Source: Camelus dromedarius | Lineage: Eukaryota | Length of the DNA stretch: 64,000 bases | Reading direction: 5' to 3' | Assembly (NCBI RefSeq): GCF_036321535.1 | Contig: NC_087436.1 | Span: 40,488,001 to 40,552,000 of the forward strand | Part shown: in pieces, positions 1 through 13,780 of the stretch | Position numbering within the stretch: position 1 is the stretch's first letter | Layout: every line of letters starts with the position of its first letter | The notes under the pieces: model-generated | What the model was told of the DNA's origin: nothing | The model's input: only the letters and a program-made list of their open reading frames with translations | Database searches by the model: none | Translations under genes and position numbers: made by a program

Positions 1-14
1 GATCACTTACAAAG

Positions 15-20
<6 letters not shown>

Positions 21-62
<42 letters not shown>
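21..62. repeat. (AT)21 microsatellite
   Basis: Perfect dinucleotide run. Confidence 0.98.
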
Positions 63-64
<2 letters not shown>

Positions 65-119
65 TATCTTATAGTTTTGGCTTAGAAAATCTATGGATGA
101 TTTACATATACAAAAATAA

Positions 120-1250
120 AATTAAAAAGGAAAACACAATTACTAAAAATTGAAAAAAATAGTAACATAACCACATTAAAAATAATTATTTCAAGTGACT
201 TTGAACACTGAATATTGATTGTATATTTTTAGAAGAATGTAGTATGAGGATAAATAGGTCTACAATAAAAACTTAAAACTGTGTTCACTGGTTTAATTAG
301 TGAAGTTATATAGATATTTTGAATTATGATATTGTAAAACTCTGCATATACTTCATAGAATAATACAAATATTTAATTAATCTTTTTAGCAATCAAAATG
401 TGCATTGTGATAGACTGATATATTATTAAACATTTTAAAATTATATAATATTTAGTATAAATTGGGAATGCCACCATATATATACATATTATATGCATAT
501 TTTTAATACATACCATTTTTTGGCTTTGTTAGCTGAATTCATCTAAATGTTATTCCAATCCAGTTGCAACAGACACACCTAATGCATGAATTGTTGCATC
601 TCAATTCTATTCTAGGTCTGAGGAGGAAAATTACACAAGAAGATTCTGAGACTCTCCTTTGCCAGAAGGTAAGGAAGATATTAGAAGTTAATGAGTATTA
701 ATGGATTTGTGTCAAGGACAGCAAAGATCTACACTGAAGTCCCCAGTGCCAAAGGTAAGTCACTTAAGCATTGGAAAGAATCATGAATGCAATGAATGGA
801 AATGCATTGCATATATAAAAATCAGTGAGCTTATAATGATAGTTATATATAAAAAGAGGAAATCACCACCACAACAGTAGACCATTCTGAGCCATTTAAC
901 TAAAGTGTGAATACTTTATTCTGAAAAGTAGTTGTTAAGAGGAAAAACTAGGCCATGTCGTATAATATCCTACATTTCCTGTGTAAGTTGCATTTCAGCT
1001 TTCATGATGAAAAGTTCTTCTGTATAGAATTTTTTTCATTTGTAAATGTAGAAAAAAATGATAGAAACAAAAAAAGAAAAACCTGTCCATCATGCAGCTT
1101 TTTTGGAATAACTGATTCAGACAAACGTTACCAATAGATGAATAATTTGATAACAGGTTAATAGCATCAAGGGTTTCAAGATGAGCCTCTTAATCAAACT
1201 AAGTGTGGTTATGAAAAGTTAAACTTTCACTTCAGATGAATTTGCTGAAC
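120..1250 (+). mobile_element. Ancient L1 3' UTR relic (L1MC/L1MD-like)
   Basis: 600-680 (ttctaggtctgaggaggaaaatt...tgccagaaggtaaggaag) parallels 47285-47352 and the recalled L1MC/MD 3' end. Boundaries approximate. Confidence 0.5.
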
Positions 1251-2524
1251 CCCTTAATGAATTTGTTATCCTTGAATTTTTGCCTGCTTTTTATAACTTA
1301 AACATTTGAAATTTAATATTGTTAAGAAATTATATATAATTATGTCTGAATTAATAGATGTCATAGATTCAGATTTTAAGGTAGAACTAAACATTGCCTC
1401 CTTCATTGAAGTGATTAGCAGAGAACATAGGACATCTATTTCATTACGAGGCAATAAATTTGGTCTTACCTACTATGTTATGTTACGCCATCTACTAGGT
1501 AACATGTCATGATATGATACCACACATTAATCTTTTAATCTCTCTTTTTGTCCTAAAATATTTTTCAGTACAATTCTTTAAATAGATTGTTTCCTAACAA
1601 ATTCACTTACCTTATTTATTTCAATTTAACAATTATATTAAGTTCAGCCTTAGATGATAAATAGAACATGCACAATGTGATGTAATATTTTCAGAAATTA
1701 CTTCCTCCTCCCGTTTGCTGAGCAGATTTCATAGAGATCTGAGAACGAGAAGGCACATGCCAATACTATCGACTCTTTCCTACCTGCAGTCTCTAAAGCT
1801 AAGTCAAACTGACTTTATGAGACAGCTACAGAATACACTTTTCAAGAAGCATTTTCCTTTTCGCTGAATTCATAAATTTTTCATCTGTGAAAGCTGCAAT
1901 GCATTTATATGCAAATAGTGTCTTCCTTTGATGTCTCACTTTCTGAAGGCGGAAGGGACATGTTTTGCTATAGGCATATCATTTTCATGAAAAACCATAT
2001 GGAACCAGACAATATTATATCATATTCTTAAAGAATTCTTCTAAATGGAGCAAGATTAAAGTTAACCATCCTATAAGCTGCTCTCGTTTATGCTACTGTG
2101 GTGTGACAGCATGTTTAAAAAAAGATTCTTACCAAGAAAGTTAATTTGAAGTATATATAGGACTGTTTGTTTTTAGAAGCAATAAAGTTAAAATTTTGAG
2201 AAACATCTATTAAAAACAAGGTATTTAATGTGGAATGTTGTATTTTTAGAAGTTTATGCTAACTGGTAAAGTTTATTTCACACATTAATGAAGGCAATAT
2301 ATTTGGAACAATTTACATAATACATGCATGGACATCCATTATGGTTTATAGTATATAAATTAAATTCCTTTTTAAGTCTAATTGAATTTTCTTGTAAAAA
2401 TTGACTTGCATTGCCTCAGACGTTATATTTATTGAAATACACACATATTTATATATTCGTGTTATATTATTTTCATATATGTGTTTATTAATATATATGT
2501 TTATATACACATAAATATATGTGC

Positions 2525-2531
<7 letters not shown>

Positions 2532-2560
<29 letters not shown>
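2532..2560. repeat. (TA)n microsatellite
   Basis: Perfect run within an AT-rich low-complexity patch. Confidence 0.95.
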
Positions 2561-2563
<3 letters not shown>

Positions 2564-2569
2564 AAGGGA

Positions 2570-3480
2570 AATTGGAATAGAGAGGAAGTTAATGAAGTTA
2601 ACATGTGTGAATTACCTAGAACATTTCTCAAAGAGTCAAAGAAATAAAGATCATGAAAGATCAAGAGACATTAAGAATAGAAAAAAGAGCCTGTCACATT
2701 TTTAATCTGGATTCTGAAGAGTATAACGGAATATGCAAAAGCAGAAAAAGATTAAAATTGTCTAGTATAATAAAAGACACCAATTTATAAGTTAAAAATT
2801 CTCTATAAATTTTTAGTCTAGAATAGTAGACCCAATGAAATTATATTTCCAACATAAGTACAAATATAACACTTTAAAACAAATATAAACTGAGTTTATC
2901 ACCCACCCTTGCATACAGTAATTTCCACAGGATACAATTTGAGAAAAAAAGGAAAATTAATATTAGATCAAAGATTATTCTTAAAAACTGAGTTAAAATT
3001 CATACTGAATGAAAAAAATTATTACATACAAAAAAAATTATGCCACATTGTTTCAGTTACATAAAATTCTAGAAGAGTCCAAATTAACCTATGATGAAAA
3101 AAAATAAGACTTTCAGCATCTGAGGGTTGGACACATAATTGACTGACACAGGTTTGAAGAGTTTTTTGGGGTGATGCTTTCTCTTCATAGATGTTTGGGT
3201 TACACATGTGTGCACTTGTCAAATACATTGAATGGTACAGTAGTGATTTGTGTATATTATTGTGTATAAATTTAACCTCACCTCAAGTATCAACACATAG
3301 TAAAATTGCATTAATGTGTCTGCTGCAGCGTTTAGTGTTGAAATGTGCTGATATCTGCAACTCACGTTAGGGAAGTATTAAAGTGCATTGATGGATGGAT
3401 AAATAATGAATATATAGCTATTTATGTGTTAAAGCAAATTTGACAGTAACTATATACGTATTCATTTTGTATCCTTTGAC
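2570..3480 (+). mobile_element. Degraded L1ME-like fragments including a 3' end
   Basis: ttttggggtgatg...gggttacacatgtgtgcacttgtcaaa...tgtataaatttaacctca resembles the L1ME 3' terminus. Confidence 0.6.
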
Positions 3481-4499
3481 TTTGTCGACATATCCTGGAT
3501 GAGTAAATCAAATAATTTACCTTAAGAATCAACTCTGTCAATGTTCGTAAGTGCAGTGAAAATTTTTTGCCCCCAAATATCAAAAGTATGTGGGATTTTG
3601 TAAATGTTTACTAAGTTTTAAGGATGTGTAATTATATGCCTTGAAATTTTTTAATTAATATTTTAATAAGCAAAAAACCCCACTTTTTTCAAATGGGAAG
3701 GAAACAGTAATAGCAAGTTCAATTTCAAGATATTAGCTTTACATAAATTTGACTCAAGCAAAATTTCTGAAACAGTTCTGGCCGTCTAGGATTTTAACCA
3801 AAACTAATAGCCTTCCCTATTGCAGTGATTATCATTTGATATGTAAAGACATATACTGAAATGTAGGAAATTAAAGAGAACATAGAAAATTATTTTTGAA
3901 GTAAGATTATCAACATGAAAAAATTAATGTGAGCTGCATGGCTGACATGACTAGTCAGGGCTAATATGTTTCTCTTTAGTATTTTACTATTTATCTCTTG
4001 CCATTCAAATCCAAGTAATATTATATTTGTTTACTTAAGAATATTCATTGAGCACCTCTTTTATCCACTATAATTCGATTTTAATACTATTCCTTTAAGA
4101 ATAATCCTAAGAGATATAAATATATATAAAGATACAAAGATAAAATCAAAAATATTATACACACACACACATAAAGTCAAAGAGGCTTTATTTCAAACAG
4201 AATAAATATAAATGAGAAAAGTAAAATACATAAAGTATGTTAATGACTTTCAGATAAAAGAGAGAAGCTTGACCTCCAAATTAGGGCTTCAAATTCTGTG
4301 ACAGATTTCAGCTACATATGATTATAATTTAAGTCTTCTTTTGGGTTTGAGCAATGGGTAAAAATACACAATAAGTATTAAGTCTTTGAAAATCATTCAA
4401 TAGGAAACAGCAATAGAATAAAACAAAAAAAAATTTGAAATTTTGTTATCGATTGTTTCCCAAATTTCTTTCTCCTTGGGATGTTTTTGTACAGGTGCA

Positions 4500-5046
4500 C
4501 ACGTTATCTACTGCTGTATCAAATCCTCACACAAATCTAGTGGCTTACACAGTAAGCATTTATTATCTCATAAAGTTTCTGAGGATCAGGAATCCTAGAA
4601 TAATACACTTGGATGCCTCTGCCTCTGGCTCAAGGTTTCTTTTGGACTTACAAGCTATTGTTTTGAGCTATGTAATCTAAAGCTTTTACTAGGGTTGGGG
4701 GATTCACTCCCCAGCTCACTCACTTGGTTGTTGACTGGAGTCCTCAGGTCCTTGCTGGCTGTTGGCTGGAAGTCTCAGTTCTTTGTCACCACGGGCTCCT
4801 CTGCAAAGTTGCCCACATGTCCTCACATAGCAGCTGGATTCCCTTAGGGCAAGTGATTACAGAGAGAGAAAGCTCAAAATAGAAGCAGTAGATGATTTAT
4901 AACCTAATCTTGGAAGTATCTTTGTTCCTTTCCATTTGTAAGAAGTGTGTCCCTAAGTTCAATCCCTCCTCAAAGGGAGGTGGTCACACAAAAGCATGAA
5001 TAAGAAGAGACAGGCATCACTGGCAGCTTAGAGACTCTCCACAACA
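4500..5046 (-). mobile_element. MaLR solo LTR (MLT1F-like)
   Basis: Diagnostic antisense MLT1 motifs: tagtggcttacacagtaagcatttattatctcat, gctggctgttggctggaagtctcagttc, gcagctggattccc. Confidence 0.8.
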
Positions 5047-5419
5047 GTTTGTACAATTTCAGGTAAATAATATTCCTTTAAAATAACATTGATAATCAAA
5101 GCCCTGAATAGCATGTCTTTGTTCATTTTACCACATAAATTACATTCTGTTCTCACCTTTATGATATTTACATGTATATTTTAATTATCTCAGATATAGT
5201 TGTTTACTTACTTTTCAAATATTGCTTTTTTATGAATTAATTGGAAATAGGTACAATCAATGTATTTATCTTTGGAAAATGCTTTCAGACTAAACTGTGT
5301 TGCTTTCAAGTAGGATTTCTTAAGGTCTTTAGCATATTAATCAGATTAGAATTTCTAAGAGTGTAGACAAAATACGCACTTTTCCTGACTTTATTCCAAC
5401 ACTGTGAGTTACTCTTTTA

Positions 5420-5590
5420 CTGTAGCTTCAGATCCATTGTGCATCTTTCTCTGTCATTCTGTGTCTCAGGAGACTGAGCCCTAGACTGAATCACTATTGT
5501 CTCTGCTCTATGTTTGGGTTCAGCCAATAGCAGATGGAAACAGGATATGAGAGCATGTCAGGAAAGAAAAGTCAGACTATTGCTGATTCT
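5420..5590 (+). mobile_element. ERVL LTR33-like LTR, 5' half
   Basis: cagatcca...ctgtgtctcaggagactga...ttgggttcagccaat...caggatatgagag resembles the recalled LTR33 5' part. Confidence 0.6.
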
Positions 5591-7118
5591 CAGGGTAATA
5601 CAGGCCTCTTTGTTCAAAATGTAGGAAAAAAGATAAAATATAAAGATTTTCTTTAAAAATACTTTAATAATTCATTAAATATAATAGAATTAATAGTGAT
5701 ACCTGAGTAACAATATAAATTTTAAAACTACAAAAATATTTTAGCATCATAATTTTACATGTTACAATACATATTTTTATTATTTGATCATATTTTATTA
5801 ATTTTATTAATTGATCATAAGATATTGTTGGCTCACTTCTCTGCAAATATTTTTACTAGATTGTCAAGTTTTAGTATAACAATTTCATTTTCATTCTGTA
5901 TAACTGTGACACCATTTGCCCATGGCAAATGCACGATTGCAAATATCTTTTGAAAATTTTTCATTCTAAGTAGAATATTTCCATGAAGTGACTGTTACTA
6001 GAGCTGTTATTTTATAGGCTGTGACAACACTGATATAGATTTTGACTTTTTTAAATATATATTTTAGTACATCTAGAGGTGATGGTTCTAATGAAACAAT
6101 TTTCTATAAAGGTAGAATTCATACGAATCAGTTTCGTGTAAGTCTGAATTTAATTTTAAACATAAATTAATTAAATGCATTTTTACATTTCTTTTGACAT
6201 TTCCTGTAACATTTTTGGTAACTTGTAGGAGTCATTCAAGAAACCAAAAGTGGCTTTATAATCAGTATTTAATTTAAAATTCCTCTTTATGCTTTCTATT
6301 GCTGCATCTTCAATTACAAATATTTAAAACATATTTTTCATCATTAATGATTCATTCAAAGCTTCATAAGAGATGACTGTTATTTTCTGTCAATATGATC
6401 ATCTTAAATTTCTATTTCTAGGCTTATGAATATTTATTTTCTAATATTCTGGTAGTTTTCAAAACCAGAGATTCTAAACTCTTTAAGGAATATAATAACC
6501 CCTTGATATGCTTTTTTTTTTTTTTTGCAATGTTCATGTGTACACTATTTATTTTGTAATAACTTACTGACAACACTTATTACCTGGTGCAGGGTGGACA
6601 GGTCCTAGCTAGTTGTTCAGGCCCAAATGTAAACATTTGAGCATGTGATACAGGGATGGATTTCGGAAAAGGACAGGCAAACTAGCCTCCTGCTGTGGGC
6701 CAGAGCTGTTCCTACACAGAGAACCTCTTCTCTCTGGAGTCCATGGAGAGTGCCACCACTGATGCTCCTGCTGCCTCCACACCTCCATCAGCCTGGGCTT
6801 TGGCTGTGGCCCAGGCTGCCTGTCTCCCTGTACAGCCGTAGGCATGATGTGCATGCCAGGTGGCCAGGTCAGCTGTTGGGTGCATGATGCCCTCAGTTCA
6901 CTGTGTCCATGGCTCCGAGTCTGAATGAGCGTTGCCATCAGATGGGTCTTTTCTGATCAGTATGTTCTCATCTGTCCCATCAACCTCACTTACAGTATGC
7001 TCGTTTAAAGATAAAATTATTATTAAGAACTTCACAGCAGTCACTGCAGAGCTTTAAATCAAGCATGAGTATCCTGAGAGTGAGGCTTGGTGCAACTGCA
7101 CGTGATGCCAAGCCCAGA
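5591..7118 (-). mobile_element. hAT-Tip100 DNA transposon relic (Zaphod/MER115-like) with decayed transposase C-terminus
   Basis: The minus strand of about 5830-6040 translates, with frameshifts, to IYISVVTAYKITALVTVTS..YLQSCICHGQ..ENEIVILKLDNLVKIFAEK, a hAT dimerisation-domain pattern. 7015-7118 resembles the Zaphod/MER115 terminus (aattattattaagaacttca...cagagctttaaatcaagc...gtgcaactgcac). Confidence 0.75.
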
Positions 7119-7124
7119 GTCGTT

Positions 7125-7330
7125 TCACATTTCTGTGGCTACAGTCCCTTTTGTGCGGACCCTCTTATGTTCGCCTAGCTCTCTTCAGGCTCTGTTAATA
7201 CTTGATCTTTGCCTAGTTGTCAAGACTTCCTGCTCTTCCAAGTTCCTAAGTTTTCATTATGCTTTACTTCTGTAAATAGTCTTCACCAACTTCGAATGTG
7301 CCATCTCTATTTTGTTACTGCAAATGTGCA
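7125..7330 (+). mobile_element. ERVL LTR33-like LTR, 3' half
   Basis: ctgtaaatagtcttca...tgtgccatctctatttt resembles the LTR33 3' end. Confidence 0.55.
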
Positions 7331-7819
7331 ATAATAAAACCCCTTTTAGGTGCTCCATCTCAGAACTAACACTGAAGTATAATCTTTGGGAAAATTTGGT
7401 GGAAGGAAAGGGTTGTTGTTTGTTCTGTAGTCTTTCTTCCAGCCTCAGGTTGTTTAAGGATTTAACTCTTGAGTAACCCTCTCTCAAAATCTTAACTCAC
7501 ACTGTTGGAGTACAAGAGAAATGAGGTTCTGCTGAGTACCCTTATCTGGAGCAAGCTGCTATACTTCATTGTTGAGGTTGCTATCAAATAATTGGTCGCC
7601 AGTATTGATGGTATTCAGTTGCACCAGAGAATGGAAGCTTTCTTATATCCCTGAGGAAGCTGCATGATGACCTGTGCTTCAAATGAGAATAGATGTTTTA
7701 AGCTCCCAGGAAGATGGGGTAAATATACTTCTTTTTATTCTTTGCACTAAATCAAACTAAAACCCCTGGATATTATATTTAAAAAGTAAACACATAAGGA
7801 GATTCTGAAAGGGCCTTGA

Positions 7820-8640
7820 GACCCAAGGAACAGAACAGTGATGAGTTCCTAGGGTTTTCTCTCTGTCTCACACATCCCAGACTTAGAGATGAAGATGGCA
7901 ACCCAGAAATGTCAAGAGATGCAGAGAAAAAAGACCCAACAAAAGCCTGCCCAAAGAACCAGGAAAGGGGTTCTGGAAAGATAAAAGTAACTTTCATATA
8001 ATAACTGCTCTGCTCCAGCCAAACACCCCCACACACACACACACACATAAGTCAACAAATAAGTTGACCCCACTCCTCTAGACTTCCACAATCTCCTGGC
8101 TATAAACAGGCATCCGAATCCTCCCAGACGGCTGACCTCAGAGCGGCTGAGTAGAGACTTTCATCCCCATCAGTTACACGTGCCTTCCTCCTTCACACAC
8201 AATGTCGAGGGAGACAATATGAGGAGTAAGAACAAGGCACTTTTACTCCCCGCACCAGGGGTATCAGCAGAGGCCTAGAAGGGAGCTAGAACCTCTGCCT
8301 CTGCCTGGTAGTAACGATGAGCCCTTCCTTTGGATGCTAACAGGGGCCAAGTGGGGAACCTGGACCCAAATTCCTAACCCGCCTTACAGCAGAGAGGTGG
8401 CTGTCGCCTTTCTCTACTAGACCCATTTCAGAGGAAGCCAGTTAAAACGAAAGTTTTAAATATGATACAGAGTCTCATAACCTAAAAACAAAAATGTTCA
8501 GGGTTTAATAAAAAATTCTTCATCCTACTAAGAACTAGGAAAATCTCAAGCTGAATGAAAAAGGCACACGATGAACGCCCACACTGAGATGACAGAAGCA
8601 TTAGAATTATATTACATAGATTTTAAAATAGTCCTTTAAT
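7820..8640 (+). mobile_element. Old L1 5' UTR / ORF1 start relic (L1M4-like)
   Basis: aaaatgttcaggg...aagaactaggaaaatctcaagctgaatgaaaaa...cactgagatgacagaagcattagaattat is the typical old L1 ORF1 start. Confidence 0.65.
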
Positions 8641-9509
8641 AATTAACACTTCTACTTTCCCTCGTGAGTATTAGTCATATTTAGGATTCCGTTCCTCTAT
8701 GATGTTTTTAATAATCTGCTGATCCTTAACAAAATGCTGTTTTGAATTATTTAAAATTTTACTGATCTAAAAAAGTAATATTTTAATTTATTTCTAAACT
8801 TCCTGCTTTAGGGCACTAACATAAATAATTAAATTATACCTTTAAATTATATATGTCATGTATTTGGTTTATGATTATTAAAATTAAAAGGTTTAACAAA
8901 AGAAAGTAATAAAACACCTTTGAATTCTTTAATATTTTCTTAACCTAAAAACAAATTTGATGTATAAATCCCATTCTCTCACTCTTGCATTCCCTCACTG
9001 TTGCTATATATTTCTCTAAGGAGATTTTTTTATTATATATTTATGCCCTCATTGGTGTTTTCCTCTATATTTCTGTAGCTCTCAAAAACCAAAACCAAAC
9101 TTTACACACGTGCTTCCTTTGGGATGTCACCTCCTCTTTTCTTTCAGTTCCTTGAAGAGGTACTCAAAATTGTTTCAACTCAAAATGCCTTCCAAAGTCA
9201 GAGAATTTTCTGTTTATTTTCCTACTATATCTTCTGTTGAACTTATTTTGCACTCTGTCTTGTAATCATACTGTATTTCTCTGTATTGCAAGGATTTTAG
9301 CATCTGTATATCTATTTGTACTATACATATATATATTTCTATATATATTATGCATTTATTTACATGTTTATGTTTTCATCACTCTCTTTGGATAATAAAA
9401 GTATTTACTTACTCTATTCTTCCTACAAATTTATGTACCATATAACTTGTACATATACATGTGCATATACATGTGCATAATTCACTTTCTTTCAATTTAA
9501 AAGAGGCTA

Positions 9510-10018
9510 CTTCATTTATTCAACCCCAAAACATATATTAAATGCCTATATTCTATTAGGAAGTGTTCCATTTGCCTGGGAAGCAGAGTGTGACTGAAAT
9601 CTAGTGAGTGAAAGGAAAAGGGGGTGGATATTAGGCTGAAAGGCTAGGCTAGTGCAAGATCACAGTTGGCTATGAAGAACACGATAAATAAAGTATAGGA
9701 CTTTTATTATGACAGGAAACAATTTCAAACAAGGTCACAAAATGACCTGAGCTACGTTTCCAAAGATCATTCTGGCTTTTGTGTGGAGAATATTTTAGGA
9801 TTATAAGTAGAAGCCTGTTCAGAGGCTGTTGTAACAGTCCAGGTACCAACTATGGGGTCCTGGCTAAGGGAGGGACAGTGCACAGAGAGAGGTGGGAGTT
9901 TGTGGTTTGAGATCATTTGGGAGTGAGAGTGCTGGGTATGGAATGAAGAAGTGGGTTTTGACTGACAATGAGGGCTCACAGCTGCTGACTTCTAGGTTTC
10001 TGGCTTAGGAATCTGTGA
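9510..10018 (-). mobile_element. L2 LINE fragment
   Basis: ttcatttattcaac tail; aaagatcattctggcttttgtgtggagaat; gaggctgttgtaacagtccagg; tgacttctaggtttctggctt. Confidence 0.8.
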
Positions 10019-10019
10019 T

Positions 10020-10075
10020 TTTAATAATACTTTATATTTGAATAGCACTTCAGAGTTTATATGTTTTTTTAGAAT

Positions 10076-10116
<41 letters not shown>

Positions 10117-10250
10117 TTTTTGGGGTCTATTTATCTTTGCAGATAAGAAAACTGAAGTTCTGAAAAGTAGTGTTTGTCAAAGTCACATTGACATTAAACA
10201 GGGAAATCAAAACCTGCGTCTGACTGAAAGCCCATTAGACCATCCACCGT
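10020..10250 (-). mobile_element. MIR SINE containing (AC)14 at 10085-10112
   Basis: tttgcagataagaaaactgaagttctgaaaag...tgtcaaagtcaca is the MIR core. Confidence 0.75.
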
Positions 10251-11639
10251 CCCACTAATGTTTTACAATCCCAACCATTTTTCTTCAACAACAACAACAA
10301 AATAGCCCTCAAACTGGTCATATCAGGAACGTGGGTAGGGGGTGGAAAATATATGGATGCTCGAGGATTTCAATGAAGAAATCAGGGCACGAAAACAAGA
10401 AGCAAAGTCAGTTGAGTTGCAAACTTTTTGAGTTATTTATTGATTATATTTTCTGTAAAAGCACAATGCCTAAGGCACAAATAAGTCTTACAAACAATTT
10501 CAAAAAACATCAAGGCTGCTAGAAGACAGTTTAGTTAAGATCTATTTCTGTGTCCTCCTTGACTTTTATCTTCTGTAAGCATTTTAGGACTCCCTGCAGG
10601 CACAATAATACAGTTAAACGATATATCTAAACATGTCTGTTACCAGAACATTTTACCAGAAGTAAATTTTTTTAAATGCTAACATTTCTTCTTTCAACAC
10701 ACACGAAAAAGGACATATTACTACATAAAGTATAATTCAAAAGTATATATTCAGTGAAGTGATCGAAAGAACTGTGAAAATTTGAAAATAAATGTCTTTG
10801 ATATCTAAAGTCTCAACAAAAGTAAGTAAAGAAAAAGAAAACCATTTCTTGAATCAGCTAGAACTGAAATTGGCTTCCACTATTTAGATAGTGGGTTGTC
10901 AGAGAAAGCAGATATCAAGAACTTCTATTCCGAAGAACTAGAGTTCCATCATTTTTTATTTCAGTTCTGCAGGAATTACTTTTATTCCCTTAAAGAATTT
11001 ACCATGTTTGGAGAAAATAAATAAAACATATAGAAGTTGTGATGATGTGATTTCAGATACATTGTTACAAATAATATTAAGGATTATGAATGAGAATATT
11101 CAGGTTTAAATGAAATTAGTAGACTTTTTGAAAATTATAATGAATGAAAATATTTTGAAGATGTACATGACTAAAGACAAATATCACACTGACTAAAAAG
11201 GAGATTTACCTAACTCAGAATTAGAAAATAGAAGAGTGACTGAGAAGATTAATAAAAAATTGGTGAAAATTATTTGACATTCCTCTCTCTTTTGCATTGT
11301 ATTCCTATTTCTTTCTACTTTGTAAAAATTATGCACACACAGCATTTCATTTTATTATTCCAATCTCCTTTTATCTATTTCATGCCTAATTCTGTGAGTT
11401 ATATATTTATACATTAGTTTACATATATTTACATACATATATGGTTAATAAAATATATAGTTAAAGGCAATGAATGATTTCCAGTCCTCCATGGACATAT
11501 AAGTTATTTGGGGTCTCTTACAATTTGAGATTCCTGAATTCTACTAGAGAATTAAGGAACTAAGAGTAGAATTTAGCAGTTTTTAAAATTATCCTGATGA
11601 TTTGGACCCAAACCTAACTCTTCGAAATCACTTGTTATA

Positions 11640-11940
11640 AAGACTATGTGAATATTTCCATTTCTCCACATCATTACCAACATTTGGCTTTATCCAACTC
11701 TCAGAGTTTGCCAATCTATTGAGTACATACCACTATCCCCCTGTTGTTTTAGTTAGTATTTCTAATATAAGTATGTACATAAATTTCTTCTTATTCTTGT
11801 TAGCTATCTGAGTTTCTTCTGCCAATTGCGAATTATTTATACCTTAAATTTTCACTTAACTTTTCTTTCTTTTTGTCTTTTATTTGCAAGATTCCCTTTG
11901 ATATTATAGATACTTGTTCCTTTTCATATTTCTATGATAT
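11640..11940 (-). mobile_element. Old L1ME ORF2 fragment
   Basis: ccatttctccacatcattaccaacattt...tttgccaatct...tgttgttttagttagtatttct. Confidence 0.55.
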
Positions 11941-12318
11941 GATTTGGAGGCTCTTTTCTACAACCTGGAGAGAAAGAAGACCATAGGAATTCTACAGCTC
12001 TACTTCTAAACATGTCTAGAGACCTTTGTCATTTCCCCATGTGTGGATATATCCTTCCTAGTCTTTGTCATCAGTCTCTGCTACTAAACTGTATGCCCTT
12101 TGTGGGCAGGGTCCATGTATGTTTCACCTCTGGAATCTGCAATGTACCTAAAAAATGTCACCAGAGATTTAACACATTTAATATTTTGACATAAAAAATA
12201 ATCACATTCTCAACTGATGGCTCGTTAAGAATCATCTTTAAGGAAATATCACTTTGCAACTTTAGCAAATAACTTAGAAGAGTTCAAAAACTGAGTGACA
12301 TTGTGGTAACAAAACTTT

Positions 12319-12473
12319 AAAAAATATTTTATTTATTTATTATTATATTACATTATCTTATTTTGGGAGAGGATAATTAGGTTAGGCTATTTTTAGAGGA
12401 GGTACTGGGGATTGAACCCAGGACCTCATGCATGCTGAGCATGCACTCTACCACTTGAGCTATACCCTCCCCC
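12319..12473 (-). mobile_element. Camelid tRNA-derived SINE (Vic-1-type), full length
   Basis: The minus strand reads ggggagggtatagctcaagtggtagagtgcatgctcagcatgcatgaggtcctgggttcaatccccagtacctcc (A and B boxes) plus an A-rich tail. Perfect 11-bp TSD aacaaaacttt at 12308-12318 and 12474-12484. Confidence 0.92.
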
Positions 12474-13254
12474 AACAAAACTTTTCGATTCAATCCTGCT
12501 TGTCTATATAAAGGGGTTTTTCTCTACACTAATTTTTTTAAAAAGGAAAAATCATAATAGAATTGTATTGTTATATGTTTAGATTTAAAAGGGTAAATCC
12601 CAATACATGACATCAATGCCTAAAGATTTTATTGTAAACACCATTGGAGTCTCACAATATTTTAAGATTATCAGAGGATTACATGTCTTAAAAAGCTGGG
12701 TCACATCCAGTAGTTTCACTCCATTATTCAGCCATTTGAGAAGGAAATGATTAGGTTATACCTAGACAGATAAATTCCACTTAATATGTATATAAAACTG
12801 GGTATGTCAATTTACCATCTTTTATGAATATTGCCTTGTTTTCACGATCTTCTAAATCTCGTATGTATTTTCCTCATGATTCAAGATTCACTAGTCATTT
12901 GACAAGTATCAATATAATGTGGGTTTATATCTATTGGGCTGGAAGAGACTTGAAAAATTATTGCATTTGGAGATTACCCATGTATTTGTAAGAAATTCTG
13001 CTAGCTAATGAAACCAACCACTTAAGCAGGTGTTTTCAGATTGTTAAATTAGCCACAGCAGTTACTTCTAAACATTTGTTTTATACTTAAATGCTCGATA
13101 TAGAGTCTTTTTATCCAACTAACAATCTATCTTGTAAATTATCTTATTTTTGTTAATACAAGCAGGAAAACAAACAATTTGTTTATCTGTTTTGTTATAA
13201 AAGATGATTTGCCTTCATTTTCCATGACATGAACATTTGCCATTGCTTATTAAA

Positions 13255-13780
13255 CCATGTCACCAAGGTTCTGCTGCAGAAAAAAAAAATCTACTTAAAA
13301 TATTTCAAGTGAAAAGGAATTCAATAATATATTAATAATATAAGTTCTCATTCTATTATTATTAGAAAGGCTAGAGGAGTTGGCTTTAGTCTCAGTCTCC
13401 AAGAATGACTGCAAGATGCCTTGGGACTGTCCCCTGCGGGAACTGCTGCTCTGGCTTTATCAGGAAGCAAGGGAGAAGAGAGACCTCCACTATCCCCACT
13501 GCAGTTGCTTCATGACCACTTCCCTCCTCCCAAAAGAAAGAGGCTGGACACTGAAATCTTGCTCAGAAAAAAGCATTTTTTCACACAATTGTGTTTGCTG
13601 CCATAAAAACAACCAAGCCAGAGACATTTCAACCTTCCACATCTCAAGTGAGCCCATCTAATTGACAGAAACCAGTCTTCTGATAGGAGTCTGGGGAACA
13701 TTTTAACTTTTCACCCTCTCCAGAAGAAGGCAAAGTGAAAAAAAGGGTGAAGATAGGAGAACTAAGTCCCCATATTCATC
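13255..13780 (-). mobile_element. Ancient LTR fragment (family uncertain, MLT1N/O- or LTR78-like)
   Basis: GC-richer block whose ends resemble old antisense MaLR/ERV LTRs (ggagtctggggaacattttaactttt). Weak recognition. Confidence 0.35.

Noticed and set aside
6609..6938. Overlapping ORFs in a GC-richer patch as a gene or CpG island
   Set aside because: The patch lies within the hAT element's subterminal region and its CpGs have decayed to TG/CA.
12395..12473. tRNA genes here and at 49593 and 58046
   Set aside because: The tRNA-like heads are followed by a SINE body, A-rich tail and TSDs, and I could not form an intact cloverleaf.
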